DNA from: Acidimicrobiales bacterium
GTDB lineage: Bacteria; Actinomycetota; Acidimicrobiia; Acidimicrobiales; RAAP-2
Direction of reading: 5' to 3'
DNA length: 64,000 bases
Assembly: GCA_035937595.1 (NCBI GenBank)
Contig: DASZHS010000001.1
Coordinates: forward strand, 1,800-65,799
Under the pieces are notes generated by a model. That model was given only the letters and a program-made list of their open reading frames with translations. It had not been told where the DNA came from and made no database searches. Each line of letters opens with the position of its first letter. Within the stretch, counting starts at the first letter, position 1. Shown in pieces: positions 36,466-46,948 of the stretch. Made by a program: the position numbers and the translations under genes.

Positions 36466-37686
36466 ATGAGAAAAGTACGCAGGGGTCGCGGTCTGGCCTT
36501 GGCGGTAGCCGGGGTGACTGCGCTGTCCATGCTCGTCCTGAGCCCGATGGCCGCAAACGCCACGTCAGCGCCGAGGTCGAAGCCCGCCCCGGGCTGTGCC
36601 CAGGTGCAGCAGCCTTCGAGTTCAGCTGCGATCGCCCACATCGGCGGCATCATCCTCGCGCAGAGCTCCGTTGCCACTGGTGGGTGCCACAAGCCCCCGC
36701 CAGAGCCGGCGTTCGACGGCGCTCCGCCGCTGCTCTTCCACCCGACGAACTGCTTCGGCTTCGGTGTCCCGTGCTTCAACGGCAACGTGATGATGACGGC
36801 GTCGACCGGCCCGCTCTACGTGACACCGATCTTCTGGAACCCGACCGGGTACCCGATGTCGGATGCCTATAAGAGCATCATCACGGGGTACCTGAACAAC
36901 GTCGCGAAGATGAGCGGCCAGAACCAGAACGTGTTCTCGACGCTGAACGAGTACTCAGGGACCAACGGCCAGATTCAGTACAACATCAAGGTCGGACCGG
37001 TCATCAACGACACCAGCGCGCTGCCGTTGTCGGGTTGCACGGTGGAGCCCCTTGACACGTCGGGGATCTACGCCGACAACTCGGGCTACAGCGCCTGCCT
37101 GGACGACAACCAGATCGAGAACGAGGTCGAAGCGGTTCGGACGGCCAACAGCCTGCCGGCCGACCTGACTCACATCTACGTGGTGTACCTGCCCAAGGGT
37201 GTCGAGTCGTGCTTCTTCCCGGGGCCGACCGCTTCCAACAACGTCTGCACGATCAACCACTTCCCGACCGCGGCGTACTGCGCGTACCACAGCTTTGACA
37301 ACCAGAGCGCCGTCTACGCGAACATGGTGTACCCGATCTACCAGTCGCCGGTTGGCTTCACCTGCGGCAGCGACGCAAGGTTCCCGGTCATCGAGTCGCC
37401 GAACGGCAACGCCGACGCCGACACCGAGATCAGCCCGACCAGCCACGAGATCAGCGAAGCGATCACCGACCCGGATACCCAGACGGGCTGGTATGACCAG
37501 TTCGGGTTCGAAAACGGTGACGAGTGCGCGTACGTCTATGGCTCGACGAACGGCCCGCGTGGCGGCTACTTCAACCAGGTCATCAACGGCCAGAGGTACC
37601 TCACGCAGCTCGAGTTCAGCAACAAGGTGTTCGCAAGCTCCGGCGGCACCGCCGGATGTGTGCCAGGGGCGTCGTCAGTCAAGTAG
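36466..37686 (+). CDS. secreted Cys-rich hypothetical protein (possible EXORDIUM/PHI-1-like domain)
   Basis: ATG at 36466 has GGAGGA 6 nt upstream. Signal peptide MRKVRRGRGLALAVAGVTALSMLVLSPMAANA. The mature protein has 12 Cys. The stretch ..HIYVVYLPKGV..C....C.YHS....PNGNADADTEISPTSHEISEAITDPDTQTGWYD resembles the plant PHI-1/EXORDIUM core. The gene is visibly lower in GC than its flanks. Confidence 0.7.
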   Translation: MRKVRRGRGLALAVAGVTALSMLVLSPMAANATSAPRSKPAPGCAQVQQPSSSAAIAHIGGIILAQSSVATGGCHKPPPEPAFDGAPPLLFHPTNCFGFGVPCFNGNVMMTASTGPLYVTPIFWNPTGYPMSDAYKSIITGYLNNVAKMSGQNQNVFSTLNEYSGTNGQIQYNIKVGPVINDTSALPLSGCTVEPLDTSGIYADNSGYSACLDDNQIENEVEAVRTANSLPADLTHIYVVYLPKGVESCFFPGPTASNNVCTINHFPTAAYCAYHSFDNQSAVYANMVYPIYQSPVGFTCGSDARFPVIESPNGNADADTEISPTSHEISEAITDPDTQTGWYDQFGFENGDECAYVYGSTNGPRGGYFNQVINGQRYLTQLEFSNKVFASSGGTAGCVPGASSVK

Positions 37687-37711
37687 TCGCCTACGCACAG
37701 CAAGGAGTCCA

Positions 37712-37753
37712 CGAGGCTCCGGGTCGGGACGCAGTTCCCGGCCCGGAGCCTCG
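37712..37753 (+). terminator. long perfect hairpin downstream of the island's last gene
   Basis: CGAGGCTCCGGG (37712-37723) pairs with CCCGGAGCCTCG (37742-37753). The 18-nt loop contains an inner CGGGA/TCCCG stem. There is no clear U-tract. Confidence 0.5.
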
Positions 37754-37870
37754 TTGCATCTGGACCTGAATCGCCGCCGGTCGCGCCCCGGCGTCGCGCG
37801 ATCGGGTGCACCTTGGTGACCTGGTCGGATTAGGGAAGGTCCGTGGAGGTCGCCTGCGCAAGCCGTGCGT

Positions 37871-37943
37871 GCGTTGGGCTCACCGCGTTGGGCTCACATA
37901 TTGGGGCTCACCGCGAGTGGAGCGGGCGACGGAGCGGGCGACG
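37871..37943. repeat. two sets of short tandem repeats abutting and overlapping the 3' end of tRNA-Gly
   Basis: Three copies of a 14-mer: GCGTTGGGCTCACC (37871-84), GCGTTGGGCTCACA (37885-98), TATTGGGGCTCACC (37899-912). Then GAGCGGGCGACG twice (37920-31 and 37932-43). The second 12-mer copy is the tRNA acceptor/discriminator end. Confidence 0.8.
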
Positions 37944-38003
37944 GGAATCGAACCCGCGTTCTCAGCTTGGGAAGCTGATGTTCTGCCGCTGAACTACGCC
38001 CGC
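37933..38003 (-). tRNA. tRNA-Gly (anticodon CCC)
   Basis: Hand-folded cloverleaf from the reverse complement. Acceptor GCGGGCG/CGCCCGC, D-stem GTTC/GAAC, anticodon stem TCAGC/GCTGA with loop TTCCCAA, T-arm GCGGG-TTCGATT-CCCGT, discriminator U. CCA is not encoded. Confidence 0.9.
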
Positions 38004-38033
38004 AGAATGGGCAGAGACTAGCGTTCTCGCGCC

Positions 38034-38612
38034 ATGGTTCTCTCTGACCGCTCGATCCGAGAGGCGATCGAGGCAGGTCGGATCGTCATCGATCCCCTCG
38101 GTGTGGACTGCATCCAGCCCTCGTCCGTCGACCTGCACGTTGACCAGTACTTCCGGCTGTTCCGCAACCACACCTCGAGGGTGATCGACGTTCGAGAGGA
38201 TCAAGAGGACCTCACCGAGTTGGTCGACGTGGGAGCCGAAGGGCCGCTCATCTTGCACCCGGGCGAGTTCATGCTGGGTGCGACGATCGAGCGGGTCGGC
38301 GTCCCCGAGGACCTGGTCGCGCGGCTCGAGGGGAAGAGTTCGCTCGGCCGGCTCGGCCTGCTGATCCACTCGACGGCCGGCTTCGTCGACGCGGGGTGGG
38401 ACGGGCACCTCACCTTGGAGCTGTCGAACGTCGCCAACCTCCCGATCACGCTGTACCCAGGAATGAAGATCGGCCAGATCAGCTTCTTCCAGATGACGAC
38501 CAAGGCCGACCGCCCCTACGGCTCGAGCGGGCTCAACTCCAAGTACCTCGGGCAGCGCGGCCCGACGCCCAGCCGCTACGCGGAGAACTTCCGCCGGCAC
38601 ACCTCGTCGTGA
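38034..38612 (+). CDS. dcd: dCTP deaminase
   Basis: 192 aa. [21 protein letters not shown]...[12 protein letters not shown]. Confidence 0.93.
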   Translation: MVLSDRSIREAIEAGRIVIDPLGVDCIQPSSVDLHVDQYFRLFRNHTSRVIDVREDQEDLTELVDVGAEGPLILHPGEFMLGATIERVGVPEDLVARLEGKSSLGRLGLLIHSTAGFVDAGWDGHLTLELSNVANLPITLYPGMKIGQISFFQMTTKADRPYGSSGLNSKYLGQRGPTPSRYAENFRRHTSS

Positions 38613-38646
38613 ACGGCTCGCTGGGCTGCGGGACGAGGGACCTCGC

Positions 38647-40695
38647 GTGACGGCCACCCGCCTCGTCGTCGGCCTCGGGGTCACCGCGGTGTGCTTCGCC
38701 GTGGCCGGGCTCCGGTTCTGGTGGCTGCGCCGGCTCATCGGGACCGGCGTCCCCGCACCGGGCCGCTGGAAGGGCTTCCGTCCGCGCGCTGAGGCCGAGC
38801 TCGTCGAGGTCGCGGGGCAGCGCAAGCTGCTGCGCTGGACGGTGCCGGGGCTCGCGCACTTCTTCACGATGTGGGGCTTCACGATCCTGTTGCTCACGAT
38901 CATCGAGGCGTACGGGGCGCTCTTCAGCCGCAGCTTCCACATCTGGTTCATCGGAACCGACGCCTGGGTCGGGTTCCTCGAGGACTTCTTCACGGTCGCC
39001 GTCCTCGTCAGCCTCTGCGTCTTCGCCGTGATCCGCGTCGTCAACTCGCCGGCGCGCAAGGAGCGCTCGAGCCGGTTCTACGGCTCGCACACCGGGGCGG
39101 CGTGGCTGGTCCTCGCCTACATCGCCGCGGTGATGGTCACGCTCCTGCTCTACCGTGCCGCGCAGGTCAACACGGGCTACTTCCCCTACGGCACGTCCAC
39201 CTGGGCGTTCGCGAGCCACACCGTCGCGAGCTGGCTCGCCCCCCTCGGGACGTCGGCCAACAGCGCCATCGAGACGACGTTCCTCCTGCTCAACATCGCG
39301 GTCATCGCCTCGTTCCTCGTCTTCGTCTCGTACTCGAAGCACCTGCACATCTTCATCGCGCCGATCAACGTTGCGTCGTCGCGGCGGCCCCGCGCGCTCG
39401 GGGCGCTCGACAAGACGCCCGACATGGACATGGAGCACGTGAGCGAGGACACCGTGTTCGGCGTCGGGCACGTCGGCGAGTTCACCTGGAAGCAGATGCT
39501 CGACTTCGCCACCTGCACCGAGTGCGGACGGTGCCAGTCGCAGTGCCCGGCGTGGAACACGGGCAAGCCGCTCAGCCCGAAGCTCGTGATCATGGACCTT
39601 CGCGACACCCTCTTCGCGTCGGCGGACCGTCTGCTCGCCGGGGCGCCGAACGACGGCGACACGCTCGTGCCCTCGGTCATCGACCCCGACGTGCTGTGGA
39701 GCTGCACGACGTGCGGGGCTTGCGTCGAGGAGTGCCCCGTCGACATCGAGCACGTCGACGCCATCATCGACATGCGTCGCTACGAGGTGCTCATGGAGTC
39801 GCGGTTCCCCACCGAGGCGGGGTTGCTCCTCCGCAACCTCGAGAACCAGGGGGACCCGTGGGGGCTGGGGGCGGCAAAGCGCACCGACTGGCTGGCCGAG
39901 CTCGACTTCGAGGTGCCCGTGGTCAACGACGTGATCCCCGAGGACGTCGAGTACCTCTACTGGGTGGGCTGCGCGGGGTCCCTCGACGAGCGCGGTCGCA
40001 AGCAGGTGGTCTCGACGGCGCGGATGCTGCACCGCGCCGGCGTCCGCTTCGCGATCCTCGGGCCGAAGGAGTCGTGCACGGGCGACCCGGCGCGCCGGAT
40101 GGGCAACGAGTACCTCTACCAAGAGCTCGCCAAGGCGAACATCGAGACGCTGCACGCGGCGGGCGCGCGAAAGATCGTCGTCACCTGTCCGCACTGCTTC
40201 AACTCGATCCGCAACGAGTACCCCGCGCTCGGTGGGGAGTTCGAGGTCGTCCACCACGCCCAGCTGCTCGACACCCTGGTCCGCGACCACCGCCTCACGC
40301 CCGGGACCGGGTACCAGGGGACCGTCACCTACCACGACCCGTGCTACCTCGGCCGCCACAACCGCGTGTTCGACGAGCCGCGCGGCGTGCTCGACGCGAT
40401 CCCCGGCGTGCGGACTGTCGAGATGGGGCGCTGCCGCGAGAAGGGGTTCTGCTGCGGCGCGGGTGGCGCGAGGATGTGGATGGAAGAGACGATCGGCACG
40501 CGTGTCAACCGGAACCGCACCGAGGAGGCCCTCGCGACGGGCGCCGACGTCGTGTCCACGGCGTGCCCCTACTGCATGATCATGCTCGACGACGCCGTGA
40601 AGGCCGAGGGCCGCGGCGACGACGTCCGGGTCCTCGACATCTCCCAGGTCCTGGAGGCCTCGCTCGCCGTGCAGCCCACCCCACCGTCTGGGTGA
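38647..40695 (+). CDS. membrane-anchored (Fe-S)-binding reductase, HdrD/GlpC-like (Mtb Rv0338c-type)
   Basis: 682 aa with an N-terminal multi-TM domain. Two ferredoxin motifs are present: [12 protein letters not shown] and [12 protein letters not shown]. Two CCG-type Cys-rich domains are present: ..GCAGS..CPHCFNS.. and ..[21 protein letters not shown]. Confidence 0.85.
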   Translation: MTATRLVVGLGVTAVCFAVAGLRFWWLRRLIGTGVPAPGRWKGFRPRAEAELVEVAGQRKLLRWTVPGLAHFFTMWGFTILLLTIIEAYGALFSRSFHIWFIGTDAWVGFLEDFFTVAVLVSLCVFAVIRVVNSPARKERSSRFYGSHTGAAWLVLAYIAAVMVTLLLYRAAQVNTGYFPYGTSTWAFASHTVASWLAPLGTSANSAIETTFLLLNIAVIASFLVFVSYSKHLHIFIAPINVASSRRPRALGALDKTPDMDMEHVSEDTVFGVGHVGEFTWKQMLDFATCTECGRCQSQCPAWNTGKPLSPKLVIMDLRDTLFASADRLLAGAPNDGDTLVPSVIDPDVLWSCTTCGACVEECPVDIEHVDAIIDMRRYEVLMESRFPTEAGLLLRNLENQGDPWGLGAAKRTDWLAELDFEVPVVNDVIPEDVEYLYWVGCAGSLDERGRKQVVSTARMLHRAGVRFAILGPKESCTGDPARRMGNEYLYQELAKANIETLHAAGARKIVVTCPHCFNSIRNEYPALGGEFEVVHHAQLLDTLVRDHRLTPGTGYQGTVTYHDPCYLGRHNRVFDEPRGVLDAIPGVRTVEMGRCREKGFCCGAGGARMWMEETIGTRVNRNRTEEALATGADVVSTACPYCMIMLDDAVKAEGRGDDVRVLDISQVLEASLAVQPTPPSG

Positions 40696-40717
40696 CGCCG
40701 CACAACTTCACGCCCTC

Positions 40718-40757
40718 GTAACGCATCGCTAACGGCGTCGAAACACACACCGGTCAC
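40718..40757 (+). promoter_or_regulatory. candidate GlnR-box array upstream of amt
   Basis: GTAAC-n6-CTAAC-n6-GAAAC-n8-GTCAC. This resembles the actinobacterial GlnR a/b-site pattern gTnAc-n6-GaAAc. The array ends 41 nt upstream of the amt start. Confidence 0.4.
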
Positions 40758-40798
40758 ACTCACCGCCAGGCAGAACCGCCGCCGCGGAGGAGGACCCA

Positions 40799-42280
40799 GT
40801 GCACCTCATTGCGATCGGGCCCTACCCGAGCTGGCTCAACCCCGGCGACAACGCATGGCAGCTCGTCGCCGCGACGCTCGTCGGGCTGATGAGCCTGCCG
40901 GCGCTCGCCGTGCTCTACGGCGGACTCGTCCAACGGCGCTGGATCGTGAACACGATGCTCATGGCGTTCGTCGGGTTCTCGGCCGTCCTCGTCGTCTGGG
41001 TGCTGTGGGGCTACAACCTCGCGTTCGGCCCGCTCTCGCACTTCGGGGCGACGGGCTCGTTCCTGTCGGGGTTCGTCGGCAAGTTCTGGCCGATGGCGAG
41101 CCACTTCGGCGAGCAGAACCAGGCCGTCTCCGGCGCCCTTCCCTCCGGGCTGCACTTCCACTTCCCGACGGCCACGTTCGCGTACTTCCAGGTCGTCTTC
41201 GCCGCGATCACGCCGCTGCTCTTCCTGGGCGCGGTCGTCGGGCGCATCAAGTTCCGGGCCTGGCTCTTCTTCGTGCCGCTCTGGATCACGTTCGTGTACT
41301 GCATCAACGCGGCGCTGCTGTGGGGTGGCGGCTTCCTCGCCCAGAAGGGCGCCGTCGACTACTCGGGCGGCTACGTCATCCACCTCTCCGCTGGCGTCGC
41401 GGGCTTCGTCGCCGCCTGGGTCGTCGGGCCGCGGCTGCGGCGCGACCGCGACCACGGGGTCCCGAACAACCTGATGATGGTGGCGCTCGGCGCAGGGATC
41501 CTGTGGCTCGGCTGGAACGGGTTCAACGGCGGGGACCCCTTCTATGCGGGCGTGGACGCGGCGTCGGCCGTGCTCAACACGAACCTCGCGACCGCGACGG
41601 CGGTGCTCACCTGGGTCGTGTTCGACATCTGCTTCAGCAGGGCGCGCAAGCCGACGTTCCTTGGAGCGATCAACGGCATGATCTGCGGCCTGGTGGGGAT
41701 CACCCCCTCGGCCGGCTGGGTGAACGGCTTTGGGGCGATCATGGTCGGGCTGATCTGTTCCTCGCTCGTCTGGGTGTCGTGGAACTACCTGAGCCGGGTG
41801 CGCCCGTTCTCCAAGGTCGACGACGCGCTCGGCGTCGTGTACACCCATGGCATCGCGGGCCTCGTGGGCGGCCTCCTCGTCGGCGTGCTCGCGGACCCCG
41901 GGATGATCGAGTACGTGAGCGGCACCAAGCACCCCGGCGGCCCGGGGTCCTTCGGCGTCAGCGGTTTCCTCTACTCGCACAGCTTCCACCAGCTCTGGGA
42001 GCAGTTCCTCGCGGCGTCGTGGATCATCGTGTTCACCGCCGTGGCGACGTTCCTCATCCTGCGGGTCGTGAAGGTCCTGGCGCGGGGGCTGCGCGAGCCC
42101 GACGAGGTCCTGCTGGTCGGGGACCTCGCGATCCACGACGAAGAAGCGCTCCCGCGCGAGACGTTCGCAGAGCGGGTCGACGCGCTTGCCCGGCACTCCA
42201 ACGGCAACGGCAACGGCCACGGCAACGGCGAGGGCAACGGCCACGGAGCGGTGATCGAGAAGGTGAAGGAGCCCGCATGA
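40799..42280 (+). CDS. amt: ammonium transporter
   Basis: 493 aa with a GTG start and SD GGAGGAGGA. Amt motifs are ..GAVDYSGGYVIHLSAG.. and ..LGWNGFNGG... The C-terminal tail is NGNGNGHGNGEGNGHG. Confidence 0.93.
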   Translation: MHLIAIGPYPSWLNPGDNAWQLVAATLVGLMSLPALAVLYGGLVQRRWIVNTMLMAFVGFSAVLVVWVLWGYNLAFGPLSHFGATGSFLSGFVGKFWPMASHFGEQNQAVSGALPSGLHFHFPTATFAYFQVVFAAITPLLFLGAVVGRIKFRAWLFFVPLWITFVYCINAALLWGGGFLAQKGAVDYSGGYVIHLSAGVAGFVAAWVVGPRLRRDRDHGVPNNLMMVALGAGILWLGWNGFNGGDPFYAGVDAASAVLNTNLATATAVLTWVVFDICFSRARKPTFLGAINGMICGLVGITPSAGWVNGFGAIMVGLICSSLVWVSWNYLSRVRPFSKVDDALGVVYTHGIAGLVGGLLVGVLADPGMIEYVSGTKHPGGPGSFGVSGFLYSHSFHQLWEQFLAASWIIVFTAVATFLILRVVKVLARGLREPDEVLLVGDLAIHDEEALPRETFAERVDALARHSNGNGNGHGNGEGNGHGAVIEKVKEPA

Positions 42281-42615
42281 AGCTCGTGACGGCCATCCTC
42301 AATCCCGGCGGACTCGACGAGGTCCGCTCCCGCGTCCGCGCCCTCGGGGTGAGCGGCATGACGATCACCGAGGCGCACGGCGTCGGCCATGAGGCGGGCC
42401 ACGCCGAGGTCTACCGAGGTGCCGAGTACGAGGTGGACTTCGTACCACGGCTGCGCGTCGAGATCCTGGTCGACGACGAGGACGCGGATCGGGTGACCGA
42501 GACGATCGCGCAGTGGGCGACGACCGGGCACGTGGGCGATGGGAAGGTCTGGGTGACCCACGTCGAGTCCGCGGTGCGCATCAGCACCGGGGAGCGCGAC
42601 GCCGCCGCGGTCTGA
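42277..42615 (+). CDS. glnK: P-II nitrogen regulatory protein
   Basis: The ATG at 42277 overlaps the amt stop (ATGA). MKLVTAILNP...YRGAEY (T-loop Tyr)...GDGKVWV. Confidence 0.92.
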   Translation: MKLVTAILNPGGLDEVRSRVRALGVSGMTITEAHGVGHEAGHAEVYRGAEYEVDFVPRLRVEILVDDEDADRVTETIAQWATTGHVGDGKVWVTHVESAVRISTGERDAAAV

Positions 42616-42617
42616 GC

Positions 42618-43376
42618 TCAGCCCGCCTGGCGTGCGACCGCGTCCGCGGCCGCGGCCGCGGCCGCGGGGTCGCCGAGATAGCGCGAGTCGAGGACCCCCA
42701 TCGCGTCGTCGAGCTCCAGCACGTAAGGGATGCCCGTCGGCACCTCGACGCCCGGGATCGCCTCGGGCGCGATCGCCTCCAGGTGCATGCGCAGCGCGCG
42801 GATCGAGTTGCCGTGCGCGGCGATGAGCACGGCACCGCCCCTCGCCCCCTCGGTGCGCAGGTCCGGGACGATCGTGTCATCGAAGCAGGGGAGCACGCGG
42901 GCGACGACGTCCTTCAGGCACTCCGTCGCCGGCAGGAGCTCGCGGGGCACGTCGCGGTAGCGGGGGTCGGTGTCGCTGCGTCGCGGGTCGCCCGGGGGCA
43001 TCGGCGGCGGCGGCACGTCGTAGCTCCGGCGCCACGCGTGGACCTGCTCGCGCCCGTAGCGCTCGGCGGACTCCTTCTTGTTGCGACCGGTGAGATCCCC
43101 GTAGTGCCGCTCGTTCAGCCGCCAGCTGCGCCGGACGGGCAGCCAGCTGCGGTCGGCCGTGGCGAGCGCGAGCTCGGCGGTGCGGATCGCGCGCGAGAGG
43201 ACCGAGGTGTGCAGGACGCGCAGGTCCAGACCGGGCTCGTCACGGAGCAGCGCACCGGCGGTCACGGCCTCGCGCTCACCGGCGCCGGTGAGGCCGACGT
43301 CCTCCCAGCCGGTGAACAGGTTCTGCTCGTTCCATACGGACTGGCCGTGTCGCAGGAGCACGAGCGTCGGCACCAC
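42618..43376 (-). CDS. gpmA: 2,3-bisphosphoglycerate-dependent phosphoglycerate mutase
   Basis: GTG at 43376 (or 43373). [37 protein letters not shown]. Confidence 0.92.
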   Translation of the reverse strand: MVPTLVLLRHGQSVWNEQNLFTGWEDVGLTGAGEREAVTAGALLRDEPGLDLRVLHTSVLSRAIRTAELALATADRSWLPVRRSWRLNERHYGDLTGRNKKESAERYGREQVHAWRRSYDVPPPPMPPGDPRRSDTDPRYRDVPRELLPATECLKDVVARVLPCFDDTIVPDLRTEGARGGAVLIAAHGNSIRALRMHLEAIAPEAIPGVEVPTGIPYVLELDDAMGVLDSRYLGDPAAAAAAADAVARQAG

Positions 43377-43450
43377 CGCACAGTAGCCACGACGCTTCGC
43401 CGTCCCGCCGCGGGGACGCCGGCACCGGCGGGTCGTGGTGGTGCGGGTCG

Positions 43451-43918
43451 TCACTCGCCCGGCGGGCCACCGCACGGCGTGTAGGGCGACCAGTGCCACG
43501 TGATGCGGACCTCGGTCGGCACGACGATGGCGCAGCGCGTGCGCTTCACCGTGCCGAGGCCGTCGTCGTAGACGGTCCAGCCGTGCAGGACGTACATCGT
43601 GAAGACGTCGTAGGCGCCGTCGTCTTGGACGCTCCGCTGTGCGGCCCCCGACGACCGGCGGGGGACGAGCTTGGCCGCGGCCCAGTACACGGGGCCATCG
43701 AGCGCGTAGTAGGTCATGCCCTTCGCGAGCCCGACGTAGTCGCGCACCGGCAGGTGGTGCGCGGCGGCGCCCGCCGCGAGGAGCGCCGCTTCGAGGCCGG
43801 GCGTCACGCGAAGCCCCTGGGTACCCATCACCGCCCTCGGCGACGACCCACCCCCACACGCGGTGAGCGACGCCGCGCCGACGAGCACCCAGGCGACGAC
43901 GAGTGCCGTTCGCCACAT
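43451..43918 (-). CDS. lipoprotein of unknown function (paralogue A)
   Basis: ATG at 43918 with lipobox LTAC. The C-terminal region is shared with the next gene. Confidence 0.7.
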   Translation of the reverse strand: MWRTALVVAWVLVGAASLTACGGGSSPRAVMGTQGLRVTPGLEAALLAAGAAAHHLPVRDYVGLAKGMTYYALDGPVYWAAAKLVPRRSSGAAQRSVQDDGAYDVFTMYVLHGWTVYDDGLGTVKRTRCAIVVPTEVRITWHWSPYTPCGGPPGE

Positions 43919-43994
43919 CGAGCCCCTCCCGACGCGCGCACCGCACCCCGCCACGGGCTCATTAGGTCGGTGGCGGCGCCCGGTGGCCGAACGC

Positions 43995-44543
43995 TCACAC
44001 ACCGGCCGGCACGCCGCAGGGGGTCGCCAGCGACCAGCCCCAGACGGTGCGCACGGCGGTGGGCACGCGGATCGCACAGATGGTGCCGTGCTGGCCGCCG
44101 AGCCCGTCGTTGAACGCCGTCCACGCACCGTGCGACGCCTTGGTGAAGATGGCGTAGGCGCCGTCGTCCTGCACGCTCACCTGGGCTCGCTGCGACGCGG
44201 CGCTCGGGACCACCTGCGCCCCTGCCCAGTAGAGCTGGGTGGTCGGGTCGTACGCGTAGAACGTCTTGCCCGTGGCGAGGCCCGTGTAGGCCGAGGCCGG
44301 CAGCGAGTGCGCGGCCGCGAACGCGGCGACGAGCGCCGACCTGATCCCGGCGGTCACCGCCAGGTTCTGCGCACCCGAGCCCGACGTGGCGGACGTGGTC
44401 GTGGGCGGTGTCGCGCTGGGCGACGAGCCACAAGCCGCGAGCACGAGGGCGCTGGCGGCCACCAGCGCGGCGACGGCGACGCCCTTCAGCGGCGGCCGGG
44501 TGCTCGCCCGGTGCTGGCCCGGCGACGCATCGGGCCGCCGCAC
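43995..44543 (-). CDS. lipoprotein of unknown function (paralogue B)
   Basis: Lipobox LAAC. The start is uncertain: GTG at 44543 lies 10 nt after the upstream stop, while the ORF track extends to 44609. The shared pattern with paralogue A is AAAH.LP..Y.GLA.G.T.YA.D...YWA.A..VP...[12 protein letters not shown]...G.WT..DGLG....CAI.VPT.VR..W.WS..TPCG.P.G. Confidence 0.65.
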   Translation of the reverse strand: MRRPDASPGQHRASTRPPLKGVAVAALVAASALVLAACGSSPSATPPTTTSATSGSGAQNLAVTAGIRSALVAAFAAAHSLPASAYTGLATGKTFYAYDPTTQLYWAGAQVVPSAASQRAQVSVQDDGAYAIFTKASHGAWTAFNDGLGGQHGTICAIRVPTAVRTVWGWSLATPCGVPAGV

Positions 44544-44553
44544 GACCGGGACC

Positions 44554-44829
44554 TCAGCCCTTGACGATGTTGTGAATGGGGGAGACCATCGGCTCGCCGG
44601 GGTCCGCACCGACCTCGGCCATGATCGGCCGGAGCGTCTCGCCGAAGGCCTGGAACGACGCCTCGGAGTCCCAGACGTCGAAGACCTGGATGGAACCCTC
44701 GTGCTCCATCGCGACGTGGTACAGCCGTCCCTTGGGGGCGCCGGCGCCGGCGGCCTCGAGGCGCTTGAGGGCGTCGTCGTAGACGTCGGGGGCGAAGTTG
44801 CTGGGCTGGAAGTAGAGGCCGAGGGGCAT
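44554..44829 (-). CDS. small hypothetical protein (91 aa; ABM/ferredoxin-like fold guess)
   Basis: The ATG at 44829 has an AAGGAGA SD. The longer 120-aa version in the track lacks an SD. Confidence 0.6.
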   Translation of the reverse strand: MPLGLYFQPSNFAPDVYDDALKRLEAAGAGAPKGRLYHVAMEHEGSIQVFDVWDSEASFQAFGETLRPIMAEVGADPGEPMVSPIHNIVKG

Positions 44830-44979
44830 GTCGTCTCCTTGTTGGTGGCCAGGCGGTTCCCGGCGGTGCGTCAGGTCTGGGCGGCGGAGCCTACCGAGGC
44901 CCTCGCCGAGCGACAACCGGATCCTGGCTCCCCGGCGCGGCCCGCCCCCCGGCCCACGGGCCCTCCCGGGCCACTCAGA

Positions 44980-45036
44980 GTTGACAAGAAGGGCAGCAAG
45001 TTCTACTTGACAAGGGTCCTATCAAGTTTGTAGAAT
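44980..45036 (+). promoter_or_regulatory. dnaK promoter with two HAIR-like (HspR operator) inverted repeats
   Basis: CTTGACA-N7-TATCAAG (45006-45026) compares with the HAIR consensus CTTGAGT-N7-ACTCAAG. A weaker copy GTTGACA-N7-CAGCAAG lies at 44980-45000. The promoter reads TTGACA (45007-12), an 18-nt spacer, then TAGAAT (45031-36). Confidence 0.65.
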
Positions 45037-45112
45037 GTCTGCTGATCTCCCGTGGCACGCCCGTCGGACCCGCCGGCGGCCGCCCCGGGGGCCACCAGGA
45101 GCGGAGCACGCG

Positions 45113-46944
<1,832 letters not shown>

Positions 46945-46948
<4 letters not shown>

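Noticed and set aside
35758-36556. Minus-strand ORFs 35758..36231 (157 aa) and 36149..36556 (135 aa) in the islet gap, considered as possible integrase or regulator remnants.
   Set aside because: Their composition is Cys/Arg/Pro/Thr-rich and non-protein-like. They lack an SD and any integrase (R..HxxR..Y) or HTH motifs. They overlap the 3' end and 5' end of the better-supported plus-strand genes.
37871-37943. Considered whether the repeats near tRNA-Gly could be a mini CRISPR array.
   Set aside because: The units are 12-14 nt and directly abutting, with no unique spacers, and there are no cas genes. They are better explained as att or tRNA-end duplications (reported as a finding).
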